A stretch of DNA of 64,000 nt from positions 6,048,001 through 6,112,000 of the forward strand of contig OY970194.1 in the NCBI GenBank assembly GCA_963708075.1, written 5' to 3'. Under the pieces are notes generated by a model. It saw only the letters and a list, made by a program, of their open reading frames with translations, searched no databases and was not told where the DNA came from. Positions within the stretch are counted from its first letter, which is position 1. The number at the start of each line of letters is the position of its first letter. Origin of the DNA: Sedimentisphaerales bacterium (lineage in GTDB: Bacteria; Planctomycetota; Phycisphaerae; Sedimentisphaerales; Anaerobacaceae). A program made the translations under genes and the position numbers. Positions 20,899 through 29,692 of the stretch are shown piece by piece.

Positions 20899-21645
20899 TT
20901 ACTCTTCGTTATTGAGGAATTTGAGGAGTTCTTCGGGGATGTAGTCGTTGGCGAAGGCGAGGATGTCATTGATCTGGGCCTTGGTCAGGTCGGCGGGCAT
21001 CTGCTGGTTGTTGATATCGACGTTGACGATTACTCCATACTTGGTGTCATCCGGGGCGACAGGGGCTTCCTCCCGCCCGGAGCGCTGCAGGAAGGTTGGA
21101 CGCAGCTCGATGTTGACGTTTTTGCCATCGTTCGGTGCTTCGATCAGGATACGGATATTCGCCGCCTTCTGTCGCCAAAGATCGTACTTGAGCCCGCTGG
21201 CGATGACGTCGAGCGAATTGACGAACCCCGTGTCGAAGACGAACTCGTGGATGACACCGATCCGCGGCACGGTCCGCTCCGGGAATCTGGTCCGCAACTC
21301 ATCGTAGGCCTTGCGGAAGATCTTGTCCTTGTCGGAGATGTCCAGCTCATGCGGCCGGTCGATGTAAAGCCGCTCCGGGAACGTGAACACCGGGCCCCGG
21401 CCGGTCAGGATGAACGTGGGCAGCTCCACCCGCTTGGCGTTCGGCAGCAGGAACGTCCGCTGGATGCGCAGCTCCCGCGGGCCCGACAGCATCGTCTCAA
21501 AAGCGTCGGGGAACTGCTCGACCAGCCAGTTGGCGTAGTCCTGCAGCTTTGTGCGGTCCTGATCCGGCTGGATCGGCGGACGCACGTCCACCCCGTACTT
21601 CACGATATGCTGCGATATCTTCTCTTTGTCAAACTGATAGTTCAT
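20899..21645 (-). CDS. Hypothetical protein (possibly TIGR04255-like)
   Basis: 248-aa ORF with host-like codon usage; RIGVIHEF and VIVNVDINN strands resemble that family. Family assignment tentative. Confidence 0.7.
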   Translation of the reverse strand: MNYQFDKEKISQHIVKYGVDVRPPIQPDQDRTKLQDYANWLVEQFPDAFETMLSGPRELRIQRTFLLPNAKRVELPTFILTGRGPVFTFPERLYIDRPHELDISDKDKIFRKAYDELRTRFPERTVPRIGVIHEFVFDTGFVNSLDVIASGLKYDLWRQKAANIRILIEAPNDGKNVNIELRPTFLQRSGREEAPVAPDDTKYGVIVNVDINNQQMPADLTKAQINDILAFANDYIPEELLKFLNNEE

Positions 21646-21799
21646 TCTTTCCCTCGGCCGAACACACGAACCGGCTGAAGTCTACCCGGCCGGCCCCCGG
21701 AAGTCAAAGAAAAGCCTCGTGTCCAGTCTCGCTCGGGTGCGGTCGGCATTCGGTGGCGGATTTGGATTCCAGCCGACACAAGAGCGCAGCCCAGTCTTC

Positions 21800-22012
21800 T
21801 TTCGCCCCTACGGGGCTTTGAGATAGGATTGACTATCGGTACCCACCGTTGAAACGGTGGGCTAGTGTCGATCGCCCCCGTGGGGCGGACGGGCCGACGC
21901 AAGAGGACTGGAGCGAAGTCCAAGCCCGCAGGGCGATAGAGAATAGCCCAGCGATTGATCGCTGGGGAACCGGGGCCGAGGACAAAAGCCAGTCCCATAA
22001 GGGACGAAAGAG
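21800..22012. repeat. Composite REP-like element
   Basis: GCCCCTACGGGGC, CCCACCGTTGAAACGGTGGGCTA, TAGCCCAGCGATTGATCGCTGGG and GTCCCATAAGGGAC hairpins arranged as an inverted pair. Confidence 0.7.
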
Positions 22013-22071
22013 GCGCAGTCCGCACACGGCGGCTACACGCCGCCACCAAATTCCGACCACACCCGTTTCGC

Positions 22072-23631
22072 TCAATACCGTCGGGTACTGGTCTTCGTAT
22101 TCTGGGTGGCGTTGACGAAGAAGTAGCGCAGGGCGTCGATGGGATGATCGTAGATGCCGTCTTTGAAGGGCAGCTCGCCGGTGGCCGCCCCGGTGGCATC
22201 CGGGTAATGGTAGCATTGCAGCGCCTCGATCAAGCGGGGGCAGCGGGGAGAGATGACCAGTGTGCTCTTGCCTTCGCCGCAGCGGATGGCCCGGCGGATC
22301 AGCTCGATACCCTCAAGGATGCTGCTTCGGCGGTAACGCGTGGCGATCCCGAGGGTGCGCAGCTCGCGCACGGCACTCGTGCCGGTGACATCATTGGAGC
22401 CGGCGCCGGCGGGGTCGCAGAACGTGGCCGTGACCTGCTCCTCGGGGCAGGGCGTGCGGGCCTTGATCTGCTCGGTGTGGGCGTCGATTGTCGCCCGGCT
22501 GCGGACGTACTCGTCAATCACTCGCACGACGCCGTCGTGGTCCACCTGAATCCACAGGCACACGAAGGGGTTGATGAAGCCGAAGTCAAGCGTGCGATAG
22601 AGCGGCAGGTTCGGATCGTAATCGACCGGCCGGACGTGAATGGCCGGATCGAATTCGCTGAAGACCACGTTGTCCAGCGAGGGCTTGATGCAGAGCATCT
22701 CGGATTCCCAGCCGGCCCGGCTGCTGCGACGCATCTGCGTGATGCAATCGTCGATCTTCAGGTAGCCGCAGGCTGATCTCGCCCGGCCCTGGCAATCGCC
22801 CGACAGGGGACACTGCGAGCAGTTGCGGCCGATGCATTTCTCGATGGTCTCCCACAGGCACCACTTGAATACAGGCACGCCGCTGCTGGTGGCCGCCGAG
22901 ACTTCTCTCTGCATGATCCCGTACGGCCGGTGCATTGTGCTGATCAGCTCCATGGCTGCCGTGATGCGGTCCGTGCTCTGCGTGGTGAACTTGGCCGCGG
23001 CGAAAACATTGTCGTCGAACAGCTCGACCTCATCGCACCTCAGCTTCTGCACATGCTGGCCGCGCACGCTCGTCGCCGACTGCGTCAGAACCTCGACCCC
23101 CGAGCCATTGCCGAAGCGGCATTTGCCTTTGCGCACCGGCCCGGCCAGAGACTCCTCGAATCCGCTGCGGAGAAACCTCGTTAGATATTCATACATTCGT
23201 CCCGATTGCTCGCCGGAGCCGCCGAGGATGCGAATCTGGCAATCCGGCTTGAAGACCGCGTCCAGCAGCGTTGCCACCGCCGCCAGTTCCGTCTTGCCCC
23301 CGGCACGATTCGCCCAGACAATGGAATCGCCGGATTGATGATTGTTGATGGATGATGGATGATTGGAGGCGGAGGGCGGACAGTCTGAATCATCCTTCAT
23401 CAATAGTCCATCATCCATCGAAAAGCTGTGCCAGAGGTAATCCATCGGGCTGCTGTGTCCCGGGCAGATGCGCACGTCCGGCACATCGACGCCGAGAAAC
23501 ACCTTCACATAGTTCCTGAGGTCCTCCCGCGTCCCCGGCCGCATCCGCCGAAGCGCCGCGATCACGTCCGGCCTGTTTGCCACGTCACGATCAAGAGCTT
23601 GTTCCACCTGCAATGATGTCGTTTCTTTCAT
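22072..23631 (-). CDS. Phage-type terminase large subunit (isolated from the capsid cluster)
   Basis: Walker A WANRAGGKT, Walker B LRCDEVE, coupling motif ISTM, RNase-H-like nuclease TLDFG..P, DPAG, DHPIDALRY; GGAGG RBS. Confidence 0.9.
   Translation of the reverse strand: MKETTSLQVEQALDRDVANRPDVIAALRRMRPGTREDLRNYVKVFLGVDVPDVRICPGHSSPMDYLWHSFSMDDGLLMKDDSDCPPSASNHPSSINNHQSGDSIVWANRAGGKTELAAVATLLDAVFKPDCQIRILGGSGEQSGRMYEYLTRFLRSGFEESLAGPVRKGKCRFGNGSGVEVLTQSATSVRGQHVQKLRCDEVELFDDNVFAAAKFTTQSTDRITAAMELISTMHRPYGIMQREVSAATSSGVPVFKWCLWETIEKCIGRNCSQCPLSGDCQGRARSACGYLKIDDCITQMRRSSRAGWESEMLCIKPSLDNVVFSEFDPAIHVRPVDYDPNLPLYRTLDFGFINPFVCLWIQVDHDGVVRVIDEYVRSRATIDAHTEQIKARTPCPEEQVTATFCDPAGAGSNDVTGTSAVRELRTLGIATRYRRSSILEGIELIRRAIRCGEGKSTLVISPRCPRLIEALQCYHYPDATGAATGELPFKDGIYDHPIDALRYFFVNATQNTKTSTRRY
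23333..23419. repeat. Heptamer tandem-repeat palindrome inserted in-frame in the terminase gene
   Basis: GATTGAT GATTGTT GATGGAT GATGGAT GATTGG...ATCCTTC ATCAATA GTCCATC ATCCATC. Confidence 0.8.
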
Positions 23632-23726
23632 AGAGATGTCCTCCAAATCTGGTATCATGGTTCTTGGTCATTGTGATTGTCGAAAGACAGGGAATCAGGA
23701 AGGGCACACGCGTGACCGCTGACTAC

Positions 23727-23975
23727 ATGGATTTTCTCTCGTTGATGGTCCAAGTGTGGGGCGTGATCGCGGTGGTGGCGTTCACCTTCTTGTGCCGGCG
23801 CAAGAGATGGGCTCCTGCACTCGGGATCATCATCGGCTTCTTCGTTGATATTCTGGCACTGGGCGTCCTTACGGGTGGAGGCCCGGAGATGTGCTTTGGG
23901 TTTGTTCTATTTCCTCTTTGTGGCTGGCTCATTTCGCGAGCGACACTAGCAATCGCTGGCCCTCGCCGACAATAG
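23727..23975 (+). CDS. Small membrane protein
   Basis: Three hydrophobic segments; start uncertain. Confidence 0.5.
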   Translation: MDFLSLMVQVWGVIAVVAFTFLCRRKRWAPALGIIIGFFVDILALGVLTGGGPEMCFGFVLFPLCGWLISRATLAIAGPRRQ

Positions 23976-23994
23976 GGTATAACCACCTGCGTGC

Positions 23995-26900
23995 CTATCG
24001 GCCGGACTGGTGAACGCGGAAGTGGCTGGCGGTGGCGGGCTGTAAGTCGATGGAGATGCCCTCATGGAGTTGTCCACCGGTGTACATTTTCGGTGATTGA
24101 GACGTGGCCTCGTAAACCGGGTAATCCGTGTCGGCTTCTACGCTCCACCATTCGGGGAACTGGTTGATGCGCGGCCAGTCAACAGGCATGTGCAGGATTG
24201 TCTTGTGGCGGGGGACGTCGAAGATGAGTCTGCCCTGCCAGGGCTTGTCGGCCTTGAGGGCGATCCGGAGCACGTCGGCGGAGAGGTCCGCCCCGAATAT
24301 CACGTCCTTGCGCCAGGGTTGGATAGTGACGCCCTGGGTTTTCCAGAGGCAATACATGATCGTGGTTCGGGCGAAGTTGCCGTCGCCGTGCCAGCCCTCG
24401 ATGACGCCGTTGGCTTGCTGGATCTTCCACATCACCTGGATCTCGCTGTCGAGCCAGTCGGCCACGCCGGGCACGTCCTCGCGGTTCAGCAGGTTCAGAG
24501 CGCTCTCGATGGAATCGGCATATCCATCGGAGCTGGCGCCCTCCCACGGGTACGAGCGGTAATGCTCGCTAAGATTGGACATCGCCTTTCGTGTGGCTTG
24601 GCGATAGGCCTCTGTGCCGTCAATCAGAAAGACGGTGTAGAAGCCGTTGAAATCATAGCCCCAGGTGTCGGCGAGCCCCGTGTCGTGTTCGCCGGTCTGC
24701 GGGTTGACCCAGTTATAGAACAGGCCATGGTCATTACGTCCGACCTCCAGAATGCGGTCGAGCATCTCGTGCATCAGTTCTTCGTAAGCCTTCTTCTTGT
24801 CGGGCCGGGCAACGTGGACCGCCGCATACAACTCGCACAGGCCCGAGACGATCTCACAGCCGTGATCTCGCAGCCGCAACCGAGTCTCGTTGCGGGTCGG
24901 ATGGTGGTCGCCGAGCAGGTAGTAGTCGCCGAGGCGGATGGCCCAGTCCAGGTACTTCCTGTCGCCGGTCAGCCAATAGACGCGGCAGAGCGCCTGCAGA
25001 TTGTCGCCGTTGACTTCCTGGTTGGTCGAGACGATCTTGCCATAGGGTGTATCGACGAGCGCGTGTTTCCAGAGGTCGTCGAGCATCTGGATCATTCGCT
25101 GCGACCACGGGCTGGGGCCGAGCCATTCCGTCAGCGGCACGAGGCCGTCCTTGATGTACTCCGACGTGCCGAAGATGATCCGGCCCAGGTCCGGCTCGGC
25201 ATCGGCAAAGCCGCCTTTCGAGAAAGAGTACGTATCCGCCATTGAGTCGATGCGACTGGTGAGCTTCGTCTCCGCGCGGAGCATATCGAGCATGCGGCCG
25301 TCGAACATCGGCCGGTCCGTCAATGCCGCGGTCAGCACCATGAACGGGTAGTTGTCGGCGGCGCTGTCCTGCGCATTCCAGATGTCCTTGCTCTGAGTCA
25401 GGTTCCGCGGGATCAGGCCTGTCTTCGGGTCGGCGTGTTTGAGCCAGCCCTCGACAAATCGGTGACAACGGAGGAAACCCTCGTTCGCGAGCTTGCCGTT
25501 CTCCAGAGCCTTGCTGAAATCGTCGTTACGAGCTATCTTTCCGACGCCGATTGTCGCCAATTCCTTCAACTCCGCCAAGTGGCTCTCATAAACGCCGCGA
25601 GGGGTGGCGTTATGCTGTTTGCACAGGGAGGCGGCCATGCCGACGACCTCGCCCATCATGCCGCAGGTCCGCATCACGCGGACGGTGCCGAGGGCCACGT
25701 GCGTCACGCTGATGTCACGTCCGGCCATGAAGAGATTCTCGACGTTCCGCGAGTAGAAGCAGCGGTAGGGGATCGGATAGGGCCGGATCGCAGGTGTCTT
25801 GCAGATCGTCTTGAATTCCTGGCCGGGGAAGTACTTCGAGTTCGCCGGGTCCGGGTAGTGCAGGTCGATGGACCACGTGGTCGTGACGAATGCATCTGGA
25901 TATTCCCACTGCTTCTGGACGTCCTGCTGTGTCAGGATGATATCGCCGAGCAGCCGGCGGGACTCTCGCTTGCCCGCGACGTGGGCGACCCAGGACAGCT
26001 TGCGATTGGCGTATTTGGCTTTGTCCTTGCTGCAGTTCTTCAGGAACGCCCAGTTGCCGTAGATCGCGCGAAGCGAATGATCGCGGATCGACTCGATCTC
26101 TGTGATCTGGTCATTGTTGAGCCCGGCTTCCCAGTTCCAGTCGCCATGCGTGGTGCGCTCGCAGCTTTCCTCCGTGAATTGCAGCGCCCAGGGACATTCG
26201 AGGAAGGGGGCGGGCTCGTTCGTCTCGACGGCGTACCATTGGACTGAAGCGCCCATGGTCATTTTGTCGGGTGTTTCAGGAGCCATGGACTCGCCCGTCT
26301 GATCCCGGTTTTCCCGACCCATGCGATAGTCCGCGCCGGCCAGAAAGCCGATCGTGCCGTCGCCCGTGCAATCAGCGAACAGTGGCGCCGGGAAGCAAAG
26401 GTCCTTCGAGGTCTTGAGGTCCCTGGCGATCACGGCGGTGATACGATTGCCCTTCCTGTCCACCCGGTACGCGTGGGTATTGAGGAACAGGCGGACGTTG
26501 GGCTCCTCCTGCACAATACGGAGTTTCTTATCGTCGTTATAGAACGCGACCGGCCGGGCATTGCCCTGATTGCCGGGGTCGAGTTCCTTGACGACGTCGC
26601 CCAGGCGAGGATAGGGCGGCAGATTGATTCCGCCGTTCAGATGCACGCGGACATCCGAGCTGTTGTTGCCGCCGAGGACGGGCCGGTCCTGGATCAACGC
26701 CACCCTCAGCCCCAGGCGTGCGGCCGAGATCGCCGTGCAGGTCCCTGCCATGCCGCCGCCGACAACGACGAGGTCGAACTTCCCCGCATATTCCGGCCCT
26801 TCCGGCAGGCCCAGTGCCTTGTGCCGGAAGGTGGCCATCTCCTGTCCCTCGTTCGGCGGCACGAAATCCGCGTCACTCGCAAACAGGACAGCATCGCAGC

Positions 26901-27351
26901 GGCCCTCGAACCCGGTCAGATCGTGCAAAGCGATTTTCACCTTGTCGGTCTTGATCTCCACCATGCCGCCGTCCTGCCAGTGCCACGCAGCGCCTTCGAC
27001 GCCGAACGCGGCTTGCAGCGGCGTGCCGTCAATGAGCAGTTGGAATCTGCCCGGCGCGCCGGGGGCGTTCCATGTCGCGACCCAGTCGCGCGTGCGGACC
27101 CAGACACGGTACTTGCCGGTCTCCGGGAACGTGACGGCCGTGACGGCATCCTCGACCGGCACGCCAAAGCCGTGTGCCAGAAAGTACGCCGAGCCCATCT
27201 GGTCCATGGATTGCTGATTCACGACCCAGCCGCCAGCATCGTCAAAGGCCTCCGCCTCGATCAGGACGTGTTGACCCGCAACAGCTCCGGCACAACAGGC
27301 AAGGACCCAACACACAGCCGCAAGGGCATACGTTCGCTGGCGTACCATCAT
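23995..27351 (-). CDS. Secreted FAD-dependent oxidoreductase fused to a C-terminal (alpha/alpha)-toroid glycosidase-like domain
   Basis: Signal peptide; IEAEAF CBM-like N-terminus; DLVVVGGGMAG, GGNNSS, DCTGDG, RESRRL.G, RVMRTCG; second ~500-aa domain from about residue 615 (DSAADNYPF, GWHGDGNFART). Confidence 0.85.
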   Translation of the reverse strand: MMVRQRTYALAAVCWVLACCAGAVAGQHVLIEAEAFDDAGGWVVNQQSMDQMGSAYFLAHGFGVPVEDAVTAVTFPETGKYRVWVRTRDWVATWNAPGAPGRFQLLIDGTPLQAAFGVEGAAWHWQDGGMVEIKTDKVKIALHDLTGFEGRCDAVLFASDADFVPPNEGQEMATFRHKALGLPEGPEYAGKFDLVVVGGGMAGTCTAISAARLGLRVALIQDRPVLGGNNSSDVRVHLNGGINLPPYPRLGDVVKELDPGNQGNARPVAFYNDDKKLRIVQEEPNVRLFLNTHAYRVDRKGNRITAVIARDLKTSKDLCFPAPLFADCTGDGTIGFLAGADYRMGRENRDQTGESMAPETPDKMTMGASVQWYAVETNEPAPFLECPWALQFTEESCERTTHGDWNWEAGLNNDQITEIESIRDHSLRAIYGNWAFLKNCSKDKAKYANRKLSWVAHVAGKRESRRLLGDIILTQQDVQKQWEYPDAFVTTTWSIDLHYPDPANSKYFPGQEFKTICKTPAIRPYPIPYRCFYSRNVENLFMAGRDISVTHVALGTVRVMRTCGMMGEVVGMAASLCKQHNATPRGVYESHLAELKELATIGVGKIARNDDFSKALENGKLANEGFLRCHRFVEGWLKHADPKTGLIPRNLTQSKDIWNAQDSAADNYPFMVLTAALTDRPMFDGRMLDMLRAETKLTSRIDSMADTYSFSKGGFADAEPDLGRIIFGTSEYIKDGLVPLTEWLGPSPWSQRMIQMLDDLWKHALVDTPYGKIVSTNQEVNGDNLQALCRVYWLTGDRKYLDWAIRLGDYYLLGDHHPTRNETRLRLRDHGCEIVSGLCELYAAVHVARPDKKKAYEELMHEMLDRILEVGRNDHGLFYNWVNPQTGEHDTGLADTWGYDFNGFYTVFLIDGTEAYRQATRKAMSNLSEHYRSYPWEGASSDGYADSIESALNLLNREDVPGVADWLDSEIQVMWKIQQANGVIEGWHGDGNFARTTIMYCLWKTQGVTIQPWRKDVIFGADLSADVLRIALKADKPWQGRLIFDVPRHKTILHMPVDWPRINQFPEWWSVEADTDYPVYEATSQSPKMYTGGQLHEGISIDLQPATASHFRVHQSGR

Positions 27352-27386
27352 CGGCGCCTCCCCAGTGGGAATCGATTGTCACATGC

Positions 27387-27440
27387 AGGCAACCCCTGTG
27401 GTTGCCTCTTCGTCAGGGCAGGCACGGGGCTTGCCCCTAC
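27387..27440. repeat. GTAG-type REP doublet overlapping the rpiB stop
   Basis: Minus strand GTAGGGGCAAGCCCCGTGCCTGCCCT...AGGCAACCACAGGGGTTGCCT. Confidence 0.65.
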
Positions 27441-27904
27441 TTCTTCGGCGGGAAGGGCTGCATCGAGCAGTTGTCGAGCTCGGCGATCTTCTGGACGCGC
27501 CGGGCGTGGCGGCCTCCGTCGAAGGGCGTGGCGAGCCAGATATCGATCATTTCGAGGGCCAGGTCGAGAGAGACCGCGCGGGCTCCGATGGATATGGCGT
27601 TGGCATCGTTGTGGGCCCGGCTGAGCCTGGCCCCTTCTTTGGTCCAGCACACGGCACAGCGGATGCCGCGGACCTTGTTGGCCACGATCGTCTCCCCGTT
27701 GCCGCTGCCGCCCATCACGATTGCCCGGTCACACTCGCCCTTGGCGACGGCCAGGGCCGCCGGATAGATGAAATCCGGGTAATCGCACGCCTCGGCCGAG
27801 TAGGTCCCAAAGTCCGTGACCTCGTGGCCCTTCTTGGCGAGATACTGCTTGATCTTTTCCTTATACTCATACCCTGCGTGGTCTGTACCCAACGCGATCT
27901 TCAT
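27437..27904 (-). CDS. rpiB: Ribose-5-phosphate isomerase B
   Basis: DHAG, DYPD, GGSGNGE, ANKVRGIR, HNDAN, GGRH.RR. Confidence 0.97.
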   Translation of the reverse strand: MKIALGTDHAGYEYKEKIKQYLAKKGHEVTDFGTYSAEACDYPDFIYPAALAVAKGECDRAIVMGGSGNGETIVANKVRGIRCAVCWTKEGARLSRAHNDANAISIGARAVSLDLALEMIDIWLATPFDGGRHARRVQKIAELDNCSMQPFPPKK

Positions 27905-28062
27905 CGTTGCTCCTTCATTCTCAGCACATTCTCACGCTAAAAGCCCAATGTAACGGCCCGGACGACGGACTGCAACCGCAAACCTCGCCTCGAAAAGCCG
28001 CCAATGGGGCAAAAATCCCTTCCTTTCCGCGGGGATATGCCCGCGGAGTCTCGGGACAAGCG

Positions 28063-28091
28063 TTGACATTGAGGGACGGGTGACGTATATT
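28063..28091 (+). promoter_or_regulatory. sigma70-type promoter
   Basis: TTGACA-N17-TATATT, followed by an AAGGAG RBS. Confidence 0.75.
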
Positions 28092-28114
28092 ATAGGCGAA
28101 AGGAGCGGTGAGAA

Positions 28115-29662
28115 ATGGGAACGAAATCAGGTCACTATGCTGGTTTGTCGGCCACGGTTGCCCTTCTTGGTGCTGTTCTATTGCTTGGAGGCGTGCAGGC
28201 GGATTCCGTCTTCAGCCAAGCAGGTGGGACGGCGATAGTCGACGTATGCGAGCCGACCGCTCGCGCCGTGGACTTCAACGCGGATGCGACGGTCAACTTC
28301 CCGGATTTTGTTCGGCTGGCTCAGCACTGGCGAGATGTCAATGCCACAACTGATGTCGCCCCCTGGCCGGCAGGGGACGGCGTGGTGGATTTCAACGACC
28401 TGTCGGTCCTTACGCGGTTCTGGCTGCAGGATGCGGCACCCCCGATCTACATCACATGGCTGGGACATGCGAGCGTCCGAATTGCACAGAAGGATTTGGT
28501 GATCTATGTCGATCCGGTGGACATAACGACGTCGCCGAAGGATGCAACACTGATCCTCATAACGCACAGTCACGCCGATCACTACTCAGCCGCTGATATC
28601 AGCAGGGTAGCCGGGCCCACTACACAGATCATCGCACCGGTCGGCGTGGCTACGAACCATGCTCGCAGACAGTCCATCGCTCCGGGGCAGACCATTGAAC
28701 TGCCGAATGTCCGGATCATCGGGGTCGCCTCGTACAACATCAACAAGTCGAATCATCCCAAGGCCAACAACTGGGTCGGCTTCATCGTGCAACTTGGCTC
28801 CAAGCGCATCTACTGTGCCGGCGATACCGACCTGACGCCGGAGATGAAGGCCTTGACGGATATCGATGTCGCGTTCCTGCCCGCCGGTGGAACGTACACG
28901 ATGACAGCCGCAGAGGCCGCCGACGCCACGAAGTATTTCATGCCCCGCTTAGCGATCCCGTATCACTGGGGCCGCAGCGTCGGCACGCTCGCCGACGCAC
29001 AGTTGTTCGCGAAGAATGCTGCCTGCAACGCCAAGGTCATGACCAAGGGCGAAACGATCAGCTCCGACGATTGGAACAAGGATTTCTCGATGGCGGCGCA
29101 CTGGAAGCTGGACGAAGCCTCGGGCAACGTCGCGCGGGACAGCAATGGCAGCAACCATGCGACCCTCAACGGCGGGCCCGTCTGGAAGCCTGCCGATGGC
29201 AAGATCGACGGCGCGCTGGAACTCGACGGGGTCGACGATTACGTCAGCACGCCATTTGTCCTGAACCCCTCAGGCCAGGCCTTCAGCATCTTCGCCTGGA
29301 TCAGGGGCGGTGCTGCCGGGCAGGTAATCGTCTCCCAGCAGAACGTGGCAAACTGGCTGATGGCAGAGGCCTCGGACGGTGCCCTGTTGACGGAACTCAA
29401 TGGCGCCGGGCGCACCGGCAAGCCCTTGAAAACCGCTGTGGTCATTACGAACGGCGAATGGCATCGCATCGGCCTTACGTCGGACGGCACAACCCGGACT
29501 CTCTACGTCGATGATATCGAAGCCGCCAAGGACACACAACCCGGCTTGATCGGCTCGACCGCCGGCTTGTACATCGGCGCCGGCTGCACCCTCGCCCCCG
29601 GCACCTTCTGGTCCGGCCTGATCGACGACGTCCGCATCTCCAACCGGGCAGTCAAACCGTAA
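28115..29662 (+). CDS. Secreted dockerin-like + metallo-beta-lactamase-fold + LamG fusion protein
   Basis: DFNADATVNFPDF..GDGVVDFNDL; WLGHAS, THSHADH, AGDT, PYHW; AHWKLDE..LDGVDDY..GLIDDVRI. Confidence 0.85.
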   Translation: MGTKSGHYAGLSATVALLGAVLLLGGVQADSVFSQAGGTAIVDVCEPTARAVDFNADATVNFPDFVRLAQHWRDVNATTDVAPWPAGDGVVDFNDLSVLTRFWLQDAAPPIYITWLGHASVRIAQKDLVIYVDPVDITTSPKDATLILITHSHADHYSAADISRVAGPTTQIIAPVGVATNHARRQSIAPGQTIELPNVRIIGVASYNINKSNHPKANNWVGFIVQLGSKRIYCAGDTDLTPEMKALTDIDVAFLPAGGTYTMTAAEAADATKYFMPRLAIPYHWGRSVGTLADAQLFAKNAACNAKVMTKGETISSDDWNKDFSMAAHWKLDEASGNVARDSNGSNHATLNGGPVWKPADGKIDGALELDGVDDYVSTPFVLNPSGQAFSIFAWIRGGAAGQVIVSQQNVANWLMAEASDGALLTELNGAGRTGKPLKTAVVITNGEWHRIGLTSDGTTRTLYVDDIEAAKDTQPGLIGSTAGLYIGAGCTLAPGTFWSGLIDDVRISNRAVKP

Positions 29663-29692
29663 GCAAGCTGAAGGCGACCTGCACGTCTCCTG

